Sequence record: SRR31156797_9257
DNA length: 38,288 nucleotides
Strand: one strand, 5' to 3'
The notes under the pieces are model-generated. The model did not search any database. It was not told the DNA's origin and worked only from the letters and a program-made list of their open reading frames with translations. The translations under genes and the position numbers were made by a program. The first letter of the stretch is position 1. Each line of letters starts with the position of its first letter. Positions 1 through 8,215 of this stretch are shown here, in pieces.

Positions 1-17
1 CATAACATTTACCTCTT
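1..17 (-). other. Start codon and RBS of a minus-strand gene running off the left edge
   Basis: Minus strand reads AAGAGGT-AAATGTT-ATG with the ATG at 3..1. A sigma28-like motif lies 56 nt upstream. Confidence 0.65.
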
Positions 18-59
18 AGAAAATTCTTTTTGATACTTTCGTATCCCATTCACTAATCA

Positions 60-88
60 GTTACGGCAAAGCTTTTTTATTTATTTCA
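60..88 (-). promoter_or_regulatory. Variant sigma28 (FliA)-like promoter, copy 1
   Basis: TGAAATAAAT-aaaaaagc-TTTGCCGTAAC. Boxes and spacing are identical to the copy upstream of flgM. GCCGTAAC resembles the sigma28 -10 element GCCGATAA. Confidence 0.7.
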
Positions 89-112
89 GGAAAATTTGCC
101 AACAAGCGATTA

Positions 113-126
113 ACGGAATATTCCTA
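113..126. promoter_or_regulatory. 14-bp RcsB/NarL-type box
   Basis: ACGGAATATTCCTA, 11/14 to the RcsAB consensus TAAGAATATTCCTA. Shares TATTCCTACAC with the flgB box (18162..18172, reverse complement). Confidence 0.45.
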
Positions 127-326
127 CACAAAAACACATTTTACTTACAAGATGACAAATACTAATAACAAATAAGTAATTGAAAAATAATGATTTAATT
201 TATTTACACAAATTAAACCTCACCTAAATCCATATTTATCAACTTCAGTAAACTTCTTTTTATAAATGCCAAGGAACATAAACTCGCTTCTGTGGTTCCA
301 AATCTCACCCACAACCCCCGATATAA

Positions 327-368
327 TCAGAAATATCTGATAGTTTTATTCAGACATAAAAATAAAAT
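327..368 (+). promoter_or_regulatory. Putative activator box plus sigma70 -10 for flhA
   Basis: Palindromic TCAGAAATATCTGA (327..340), N22, TAAAAT (363..368). Confidence 0.5.
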
Positions 369-440
369 ATCTCACCTTATATTCATGAACTCGATACCTT
401 GTGGTGTCGTAAGTACCTACTAACTTAGTGAACCTGATAC

Positions 441-2528
441 ATGTTAAAAGGCATACAGATATTTAATTCCAAACTCGCGATTCCTATCGTGCTATTGATG
501 ATACTTGCAATGGTTATCTTGCCCTTGCCTGCTATCTTGCTCGATGGATTCTTCACTTTTAACATTATGCTCGCCATCGTGGTTCTGCTGGTAAGTAGCA
601 CTGTAAAGCGCGTTCTCGACTTTTCCGTATTTCCTTCGTTGCTGCTCATTGCGACACTGCTTCGTCTTACGTTGAACGTTGCCTCTACACGTATCGTACT
701 TCTTGAAGGTCATAACGGTGGTGATGCTGCCGGTAAGGTTATCCAGTCGTTCGGTGAAGTGGTTATCGGCGGTAGCTACGTTGTTGGTATCGTCGTATTT
801 ACCATTCTGATGATCATCAACTTCGTGGTTATCACCAAAGGTGGCGAACGTATTTCTGAAGTTTCTGCTCGATTCACACTTGATGCCCTTCCGGGTAAAC
901 AGATGGCAATCGATGCCGACTTAAACTCCGGTAACATCGATCAAGAACAAGCTCGCCTGCGTCGTAAAGAAGTCGGTGATGAAGCTGAATTCTATGGTGC
1001 GATGGATGGTGCGAGTAAGTTCGTTCGTGGTGACGCCATTGCGGGTTTGATGATCCTATTCATCAACTTGATTGGTGGTGTACTGATCGGTATGTTCGAG
1101 CATAACCTCACCGTTGCGGATGCATTCCAGACTTACGCCCTACTCACCATTGGTGACGGTCTTGTCGCTCAGATCCCATCACTATTACTCGCGACTTCTG
1201 CCGCAATCATCGTTACCCGTATCAGTGATAACGAAAACGACATTGCGCAGGTAGTTAACAAGCAGATTCTGGCTTCACCTTCTGTTCTTTATATGACTGC
1301 TGGTGTGATGTTTGTTATCGGTAGTGTGCCAAATATGCCTCACCTGGCGTTCTACACCTTCAGCTGTACTATCGGTTTTGTTGCGTGGCGGCAAAGTAAG
1401 AAAGACGACCATATAGAGCAGAAACTTAAGGAAGATGTTGAAGCACCGATTGATAACAAATCATTAAAGGAACAACCACTCGACTGGGGAATTATCCCGG
1501 CTGTTGATGCAATTGCTCTGCGCTTAGGTTTTAAACTCGTTCCGCTGGTCACAAACAAAGAACAAAACTCACTACTGAAAAGTATTCGCGGTTGTCGTAA
1601 AACGTTAAGTGAACAAATTGGCTTTGTGATTCCTGAAGTGGTGATTCGAGACGATTTAGCACTTAAACCTGCCGAGTACGTTATTTTGGTCGATGGCGAC
1701 GAAATTGAACGCGGAGATGTGTATCCGGATATGCTGATGGCCGTTGGCCCAGGTGTGACTTCTGCTAATTTAGACGGCACATTAGGCGTCGATCCTGCGT
1801 ACCGCCTTCCAGCTCTCTGGGTGAGTAAAGAAGACAAAACCAAAGCCATCAACTTAGGCTTTCAGGTCATTGATATTCACGATGTCATCGCAACGCACGT
1901 CAGTAAGGTGTGTACCGAGCATCTGGATGGAATCTTTAACTACGATGACGTTAAAGCACTGAATCTGCGGTTGTCGCATGAACATCCAGAGCTAGCAGAA
2001 AGCCTATCGACCACCATTACGCCAAACCTGCAAATGATGGTCATTCGTCAATTGTTAGCGGAACAAGTGCCTATCATTAACGTACGTACCATTGCTAACA
2101 CGTTAATTGAGAGTGGCGACAAGATTAAAGATCCAATCCTACTGGCATCGAATATTCGCGTTGCGTTAAAGCGTACTATCTTGAATTTGGTATCTCCACA
2201 TTCAAAAGCACTGAATGTGTTTACCTTAGGTGGACAAGTCGAACAGGACATTAAAGCTGGCATTACGCTCGCTCAACAGAACGACCCCAACACACCACTG
2301 GACGGCGTGCCACTCGCTCCGGAAATTTTGCAAAAGTTCCAGAACCGTATGCCTTCTATAGTGCAGACGATGCAGACTCAAGGTATGACACCCGTTCTGT
2401 TAGTCACGCCAATGGCTCGCCCTATCATCAGTAAACTGGCGAGAGCGTTTGCTAAAGGACTGATTGTTCTGTCGTTTAATGAGATTCCTAACGAGTATCA
2501 GATCAACCCGTTGGGTCAGATAGATTAA
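441..2528 (+). CDS. flhA: Flagellar export gate protein FlhA (lateral type)
   Basis: FPSLLL..TL.RL.LNVASTR, ITKGGERISEVSARFTLDALPGKQMAIDADL and FYGAMDGASKFVRGDAIAG motifs; 695 aa. Confidence 0.97.
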   Translation: MLKGIQIFNSKLAIPIVLLMILAMVILPLPAILLDGFFTFNIMLAIVVLLVSSTVKRVLDFSVFPSLLLIATLLRLTLNVASTRIVLLEGHNGGDAAGKVIQSFGEVVIGGSYVVGIVVFTILMIINFVVITKGGERISEVSARFTLDALPGKQMAIDADLNSGNIDQEQARLRRKEVGDEAEFYGAMDGASKFVRGDAIAGLMILFINLIGGVLIGMFEHNLTVADAFQTYALLTIGDGLVAQIPSLLLATSAAIIVTRISDNENDIAQVVNKQILASPSVLYMTAGVMFVIGSVPNMPHLAFYTFSCTIGFVAWRQSKKDDHIEQKLKEDVEAPIDNKSLKEQPLDWGIIPAVDAIALRLGFKLVPLVTNKEQNSLLKSIRGCRKTLSEQIGFVIPEVVIRDDLALKPAEYVILVDGDEIERGDVYPDMLMAVGPGVTSANLDGTLGVDPAYRLPALWVSKEDKTKAINLGFQVIDIHDVIATHVSKVCTEHLDGIFNYDDVKALNLRLSHEHPELAESLSTTITPNLQMMVIRQLLAEQVPIINVRTIANTLIESGDKIKDPILLASNIRVALKRTILNLVSPHSKALNVFTLGGQVEQDIKAGITLAQQNDPNTPLDGVPLAPEILQKFQNRMPSIVQTMQTQGMTPVLLVTPMARPIISKLARAFAKGLIVLSFNEIPNEYQINPLGQID

Positions 2529-2544
2529 ACCCATTCCAATACGC

Positions 2545-2573
2545 AAAAAGGCTTCTCAATGAGAAGCCTTTTT
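2545..2573. terminator. Bidirectional intrinsic terminator between flhA and flgA
   Basis: AAAAAGGCTTCTCA-A-TGAGAAGCCTTTTT inverted repeat between convergent genes. Confidence 0.9.
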
Positions 2574-2596
2574 TATCCGCTGAAACCTTGAACAGT

Positions 2597-3277
2597 CTAT
2601 CTTTGCTCTACACTGTTTTCGCCCGTCACGACAACACTCAGTTCACGGCCAGATTCAGAGTTCACCACTTTAATTCGATCACCGACCATTCCGTTTTCTA
2701 ACGCCACACCCATAGTTTCTAATGAGAAGCTTTGCGAACGAAACGTAATAGTCACGTGATGGCCTTTTGTTACCGTATGTGCCAGCTCCAAGTGCCTTTG
2801 CGTTAACACCTGATCCGCTCTGACTGAACGTCTTAAGCGGTTGCCGACAACATCTTCAATGTACTGGTATACCGTACCTTTTAGTCTCAGTGTTTCCATA
2901 CGAAGGTTCAGATCTTCCGCCACAATACGGTGACCTTTTTTGAGAGGACCTTTGGTTGCAACCACCTTGGTATCAATGCTCACTGTCGTAACAGCTTTGA
3001 CTCGCCACTCACTACCGCACTCAATCCACCAGGATTCCGTACCCAAGTAACTGTCATTGGCTTTATCGGAAAATAAAGGCCGTTCGCAAGCCGGCAAGCT
3101 GTTAACCGCGTTGGCTATTCTGAAGTTGATTTGCAGGTTTTCATAAGCAGAAAACCGCCCGTTAAGAGCAGTTTCAATTCGATGTGATAAGTATGATTCA
3201 ACTTGTTGCTGTGCAGAATCCGCCCATGCAGGCACACAGGCTATCAGAAGAGATAAGGGGAGCAGTGATTTACGCAT
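2597..3277 (-). CDS. flgA: Flagellar P-ring chaperone FlgA
   Basis: Signal peptide, Cys pair, SAF-like region, C-terminal G.ALE.G..GD.I.V.N..S.R motif. Confidence 0.92.
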   Translation of the reverse strand: MRKSLLPLSLLIACVPAWADSAQQQVESYLSHRIETALNGRFSAYENLQINFRIANAVNSLPACERPLFSDKANDSYLGTESWWIECGSEWRVKAVTTVSIDTKVVATKGPLKKGHRIVAEDLNLRMETLRLKGTVYQYIEDVVGNRLRRSVRADQVLTQRHLELAHTVTKGHHVTITFRSQSFSLETMGVALENGMVGDRIKVVNSESGRELSVVVTGENSVEQR

Positions 3278-3689
3278 TCACCTCTACTCGCAGAGACTCA
3301 ACAGCATCTTGAATCACTTGCTGTTGTTGCATCACCAATCGAGTATGTAAATCCGTTTTATTCTGACACTCTAATACAAGTTCATGGAGCTCGTCGGTCG
3401 CTTTCTTAATCGTTTCCTGAGCTTTACCACTCATTCGATGGATCAGTTCAGTGGCATAACGATTGTGGGTACAACCGAGTTGTTCTGCTAACGCTTTGCG
3501 CTCGAAGTGTAACTTGCGCAAAGATTCACTCAGATCCGTCGCCTTTTGGTTATATTCGCTCACTTTTTCATGGTCGAATTTCAAACTATACTGGCGAATT
3601 TCATCAAGCGTTGAAGATAATGTTTTTGCTACTTTTGCACTTTCTACAGTGGCTTGAAAGTAGACTTTTAACAGTTGTTTTTTATCCAT
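3270..3689 (-). CDS. flgN: Flagellar chaperone FlgN
   Basis: 139-aa helical protein directly after flgM, with an FlgN-like C-terminus (L..LV.ECQ.K...). Confidence 0.75.
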   Translation of the reverse strand: MDKKQLLKVYFQATVESAKVAKTLSSTLDEIRQYSLKFDHEKVSEYNQKATDLSESLRKLHFERKALAEQLGCTHNRYATELIHRMSGKAQETIKKATDELHELVLECQNKTDLHTRLVMQQQQVIQDAVESLRVEVNA

Positions 3690-3719
3690 TATCTTATTTT
3701 ACCCATCAGCCTTTATTCA

Positions 3720-3998
3720 TTAATCAAGGTTGGCTAGCACCTTAGCTAACTCACCCATATCAAATTTAATGCTACCGTCAGCAATTTTTTCTTTGATTTC
3801 AGCGACACGGGTAAAATCAACGTCATCCATTGCTTTTAATGATTCACTACCGGCCGCAATGATGTTTTGTTCGTGCATATTGATGTCTACTTGCTGTTTA
3901 GCAGGAGCAAGCGACTCTTGAGTGCTTTTCGTTACAGTTTGAGCGGCTGTTTGCACTTCTTGTAAACTGTAAACTGCGTTGTTTGCTTCAATTTTCAT
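3720..3998 (-). CDS. flgM: Anti-sigma28 factor FlgM
   Basis: MKI start; C-terminal VDFTRVAEIKEKIADGSIKFDMGELAKVL FlgM signature. Confidence 0.9.
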   Translation of the reverse strand: MKIEANNAVYSLQEVQTAAQTVTKSTQESLAPAKQQVDINMHEQNIIAAGSESLKAMDDVDFTRVAEIKEKIADGSIKFDMGELAKVLANLD

Positions 3999-4036
3999 GG
4001 TCGGCTCCTACCTATCGTTAATCTCTTCAATAATAC

Positions 4037-4065
4037 GTTACGGCAAAATTTTAAGATTTATTTCA
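4037..4065 (-). promoter_or_regulatory. Variant sigma28 (FliA)-like promoter, copy 2 (flgM)
   Basis: TGAAATAAAT-cttaaaat-TTTGCCGTAAC, 38 nt upstream of the flgM ATG. Confidence 0.7.
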
Positions 4066-5091
4066 CTTTTTTATTAAAGAAACGACATTTTCTCTGTTTG
4101 GCCCAACATAGTGCTTTTGAATCGCTTTCAAAGCCGACATCCCGTTACTCTCAAAAAGGGATTTGATGGTAGTGCCAATTTCCTCGTTCGCGGTATGGCA
4201 AAAGCCAATCAGCTTATCGGCCACGTGGCTTTGAGATTTTAGGACTTCTAACGCAAACGCGTGCATCTCATTCACGCGTTCAATAACACAATCAATCGCC
4301 ACAATGGCATCCGCCGCTCTGATATCCAGCATGGTAATCATTTCTACCGTTGCAAATCGGGTTTGAGCCGCTACGGTAATCGGGTTGCCTTCCGGGTAGC
4401 GTCCACCCTGCCCAGAAATGAAGATGTTGAGATCCCATTTACGCCACATTGAGTCAGGCATTGCGATCACTAACCCATTCTGCTCATCGCGACGCAAACG
4501 CATGTGGCCGAATGCAAACATAGCGGAGAACTGCTCGAAAAGACCTTGATCAGATTCAACACGGTCAAACGCTAGCGGAATCATTTGGTTGTTCACATAA
4601 AGCGTAACCAGCTCATTGGTTAGCCTTTCACGCGTCAAATCCAAGCCCGGTACATAGAACTCAATTTCGGCGATTCCAGAAGTCATCGGTGCAAAAGAAG
4701 AGTCGATAACTTTTCGACCAAACAATTCGCTGTTGACCGCGGTCATGATGCTGCGTTTGTGAATATCAATATCGTTCAAATCAGCGGCAGATTCTGCTCC
4801 TGATGCAACCAAACGTTTAATCTCAACCATAGAACGCGCAATGGTTTTCAACAGCTCAACCGACAACATCAACCCGTTAACCGTTCGGTGGGAATCTGCC
4901 AGCTCGGCAATTAAACGAGGGCGTTCTTTTAAACGACTTAGGGCCTGATTCGATAACGTATGGGTTGCGCCGACCTTGCTGACCGAACTGGTTTGTTCAG
5001 TTTTCGATAAGCGCCCCGCCGCTACGCGAGACGTGTTTTGTCCGCGTAACGGTGAAGTTGTGGTTGAATTGGAAATGGATTGAGAGCGCAC
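4063..5091 (-). CDS. Lateral-flagellum-associated protein, probably LafW-like (divergent flagellin/hook-associated fold)
   Basis: 342 aa, GTG start, Ser/Thr-rich N-terminus, helical termini, central ISGQGGRYPEG motif. Family assignment is from recalled similarity only. Confidence 0.5.
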   Translation of the reverse strand: MRSQSISNSTTTSPLRGQNTSRVAAGRLSKTEQTSSVSKVGATHTLSNQALSRLKERPRLIAELADSHRTVNGLMLSVELLKTIARSMVEIKRLVASGAESAADLNDIDIHKRSIMTAVNSELFGRKVIDSSFAPMTSGIAEIEFYVPGLDLTRERLTNELVTLYVNNQMIPLAFDRVESDQGLFEQFSAMFAFGHMRLRRDEQNGLVIAMPDSMWRKWDLNIFISGQGGRYPEGNPITVAAQTRFATVEMITMLDIRAADAIVAIDCVIERVNEMHAFALEVLKSQSHVADKLIGFCHTANEEIGTTIKSLFESNGMSALKAIQKHYVGPNRENVVSLIKK

Positions 5092-5103
5092 GGAACCCTA
5101 CCC

Positions 5104-6123
5104 TTACGACAAGCGAATTTCGTTAGAAATACTGAGCTGAATCGTACCTTCGCCTTGCAGACGACGAACGATGTCCAGAATTTCCTTACGGGCTCCTTCC
5201 ACTTGGCTAACAGGTACCGCTCCGATACGCTGGATGTTCTCTTTCAACTGAGTGGCCAGACGGTTAGGCATGGTATTGAAAATGAACGCACGGTTTTCTT
5301 CCGGCAACCCTTTCATTGCAAATGCCCACTGCTCGATAGTCACTTCGTTGTTAATCACATCGATGGTTTCCTGACTCTGAGTAAACAGCGAATAGAAGTC
5401 GAACATCGCGTCCTGAATCTCTTCTGCCATCTTCTCATCACGTTCAGTAAGATAGTCAAAGATTGCTGTTTTATCACCTTGCAAACGGTTGATAATATCA
5501 GCAACAACCTTAGTACTCTTAATTGTCTGCGGCGCACCATCGTTGTAGTTATCACGACAACGGGTAATCAAATCTTTCAGCGTCTCAGTGATACCTGATG
5601 TTAACACCTGAGTTTGAGAGATCTGGTAAATCAGCTCATTGCACTCTTCGACACTGTATTGCTCTAGAACCTTCGACGCGTAGTCGAGTGGTAGGTGAGC
5701 CACCAGCAATGCCTGCATAGTGATATGTTCATGGCGCAAATCTTCAACCAGAATATCCGCGGGGATCCAAGCCAATGGTTCAGCATGGGTACGAATTTCA
5801 TCACCATAGATCTCTGAAACCAGATCTTTCGCCAGATTGCCGTTAAGCGTTTTATCCAGAACATTAGTCAGGTACTGACGCGTACCACCAATGATACCTG
5901 AGTGCATACGGAAATCTTCAAAGAAGCCAACAATAGAGCGCAGTGCATCATTGGCCTTGATGTCTTTCATTTTACTCATTGAGTGCGCTAAACGCTTGAT
6001 TTCATCATGCGTAAAGCCTTTAAGCACTTCCGAGCTGATATCTTCACCTAAGGTCAAGATAAGCAGTGCTACACCTTCAACATTTTGGTGAGCACTTCTT
6101 GAGTTTTCTATTTGTTCACTCAT
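5104..6123 (-). CDS. fliG: Rotor/switch protein FliG
   Basis: ALLILTLGED, MFDF, AMKG and GAVPVSQVE..RKEIL..VRRL..EG motifs; overlaps the fliF stop. Confidence 0.93.
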   Translation of the reverse strand: MSEQIENSRSAHQNVEGVALLILTLGEDISSEVLKGFTHDEIKRLAHSMSKMKDIKANDALRSIVGFFEDFRMHSGIIGGTRQYLTNVLDKTLNGNLAKDLVSEIYGDEIRTHAEPLAWIPADILVEDLRHEHITMQALLVAHLPLDYASKVLEQYSVEECNELIYQISQTQVLTSGITETLKDLITRCRDNYNDGAPQTIKSTKVVADIINRLQGDKTAIFDYLTERDEKMAEEIQDAMFDFYSLFTQSQETIDVINNEVTIEQWAFAMKGLPEENRAFIFNTMPNRLATQLKENIQRIGAVPVSQVEGARKEILDIVRRLQGEGTIQLSISNEIRLS

Positions 6124-7802
6124 GCATGCATCCAGGTTCTTAGAATTTCAGTTACACGCTTAGGATCATTTTGCGCAATCATCTTCAGATGTTGAATCTG
6201 AACTTCCAGCGGACTATCCGACTCCGGTAAGTTGTCATCCATTGCTTTAATTCCTGCAGCATCAAGGGACAGAGAATCCGAACTGTTTGGCAGTGCCGCC
6301 GCACCTGGGCCATTATCGGCTAGAGCTGCCATCTCAGCTGAGCCAGCTTCCAGCAGATTCTCACCTTCACTCTCTTGCTCTTCACCTTTCGTTAGGTACT
6401 GAGCCAGAGGTCGCAGAACCAATACGATCAATAACACCGCCACTAAAGCACCAAATAGGTATTTAACTGGCTGTAGAATGTCCTGATCTTTGTACCAAGC
6501 CAGTTGTTGTGCATCTGGCATATTTGAAGCAACAAACGGGAAGCTGGTCACGTAAATCACATCACCACGCTCTTGTTCAAAACCCACCGCGCTACGCACG
6601 ACATTTTGCATACGTTCCAACGTCGCATCTGACCATCCAGCCTCGCCAGCCATGCTTTCGTTCACGATCACAGAGATAGTCAGCTTTTCAACCACGCCCT
6701 GTTGATGCTGAACATGGGTGACTTTACCGCCGACGGCATATTCGCGTTTTGATTCGTTACGACTTGCTTTGGCCTTATTCGGCTGACCTTGTTCTGCTTT
6801 GGCCTCTTCATCCGTCACCGGAGGCGTATTACTCAATGCCCCCGGAATACCAAGCGCTAAACTGCCGTTGTTCTCATCGTTCATCAGCGTTTCAGCACGC
6901 ACAACAGGATTTGAATACGTCTCTTCAGTTTCTTGACGTTTTGAAAAGTCAACTTTGGCAGACACCTGAACTCGGAAGTTCGATGCGCCCATAATGGGGG
7001 TCAACATATCTGAAGCTTGAGAAACCAAGTGCTTCTCGATGTTACGACGATACTCAGTTTGACGATTGGTAGAAACCGCCAAATCATCCAGCGATGTGTC
7101 TTTTGATAGCAGGCGACCATATTGATCAACAACGCGGACGTTTTCAGCTTTCAAACCAATCACAGCGCCTGAAACCAGATTGACGATAGAATCCACCTGC
7201 CCGGCTTTTAGATCCATTCCTTCAATAAGCTGAACCATTACAGAGGCACGTGCTTGTTCTTGGTCTTTACGCTTAAACAGCGAAGCCTTTGGCACAGCTA
7301 AATGCACGCGAGCAACAGCGATCGATTCCATCGTTACAATACTGCGCGCCAACTCACCTTCAAGCGCGTGACGGTAACGTGCTGTTTCCATAAATTGGCT
7401 TTCACCCAACGAATCCGTACTCGCCAGAGTATCGAAACCACTAGGTAACTGCTGCTTAAGGCCTTTCGCCGCCAAGATCATGCGTGTTTTGGCGACTTCG
7501 TTCGTCGGCACCATGATTTGGCCGTTATCGCTATTCAGCTCATATTTAAGGCCAGACTGATCTAACAGTTGCAGTACCTGACTAGAGTCATAATTTGATG
7601 AAGTACTGTAAAGCGGGCGGTAGCCTTCTGCTGACGCCCAAAGCATAACGACAATGATCGCTGCAGAGATCATTGAGAATATTGTGATAATGACAACGTT
7701 ACGTTGCGAGCTGCTCCAGAACGACTTTACACTCTCCACGGCAGAATGTAATTTGTCGGACGCATTAGAAGCTACAACCGTAACCCCTTTCTCATTTGCC
7801 AT
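6120..7802 (-). CDS. fliF: MS-ring protein FliF
   Basis: Two TMs; ARYRHALEGELARSI, ARVHLAVPK.SLF and GIPGALSNTPP motifs. Confidence 0.96.
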   Translation of the reverse strand: MANEKGVTVVASNASDKLHSAVESVKSFWSSSQRNVVIITIFSMISAAIIVVMLWASAEGYRPLYSTSSNYDSSQVLQLLDQSGLKYELNSDNGQIMVPTNEVAKTRMILAAKGLKQQLPSGFDTLASTDSLGESQFMETARYRHALEGELARSIVTMESIAVARVHLAVPKASLFKRKDQEQARASVMVQLIEGMDLKAGQVDSIVNLVSGAVIGLKAENVRVVDQYGRLLSKDTSLDDLAVSTNRQTEYRRNIEKHLVSQASDMLTPIMGASNFRVQVSAKVDFSKRQETEETYSNPVVRAETLMNDENNGSLALGIPGALSNTPPVTDEEAKAEQGQPNKAKASRNESKREYAVGGKVTHVQHQQGVVEKLTISVIVNESMAGEAGWSDATLERMQNVVRSAVGFEQERGDVIYVTSFPFVASNMPDAQQLAWYKDQDILQPVKYLFGALVAVLLIVLVLRPLAQYLTKGEEQESEGENLLEAGSAEMAALADNGPGAAALPNSSDSLSLDAAGIKAMDDNLPESDSPLEVQIQHLKMIAQNDPKRVTEILRTWMHA

Positions 7803-7822
7803 ACTTTAAATGCCTATTGCCA

Positions 7823-8173
7823 CTAAACAGACATCTTGATGATGTCATTGAAGTTCGTCACCATCTTGTTTCGAACTTGCATTAATGCAGAAAAAGAAAG
7901 CTGCGCCTTCTGCGCAGCCACTGTCGCGCCAATCAGGTCGTCACTCTGACCTAGCTCAACTGCTGTAATTTTTGCTTCTGCAGTCTTTTGGCGGGCGTCA
8001 ACAGTATCAAAAATTCCTTTTAATGTGCTGCCAAACTCAATCCTTGAGGACATTCCTACGCGACTATCAGATATTTCGACAATATTAGTTAACGGGTTCT
8101 GAGTTATCGCCTGATTTTCCGCCAGACGATTGATCATTGATTGCTCAATGGCAGTTAACGCATTAATTTCCAA
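7823..8173 (-). CDS. fliE: Hook-basal body protein FliE
   Basis: QKAQLSFSALMQVRNKMV...DII.M.V. Start moved to the TTG at 8173, which follows an AAGGAG RBS (ORF track starts at 8212). Confidence 0.92.
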   Translation of the reverse strand: MEINALTAIEQSMINRLAENQAITQNPLTNIVEISDSRVGMSSRIEFGSTLKGIFDTVDARQKTAEAKITAVELGQSDDLIGATVAAQKAQLSFSALMQVRNKMVTNFNDIIKMSV

Positions 8174-8215
8174 AATCTTCTCCTTACACCTTTCTGTTTG
8201 AAAAGCATACAAAAA

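Noticed and set aside
250-275. Possible sigma54 promoter (TTGGCA on the minus strand near 272..267)
   Set aside because: No TTGC -12 element at the required spacing.
5080-5598. 172-aa plus-strand ORF and the other short antisense or nested ORFs in the track (e.g. 1352..1852, 36659..37108, 37802..37999)
   Set aside because: They overlap well-supported genes and have no recognisable motifs; treated as shadow ORFs.
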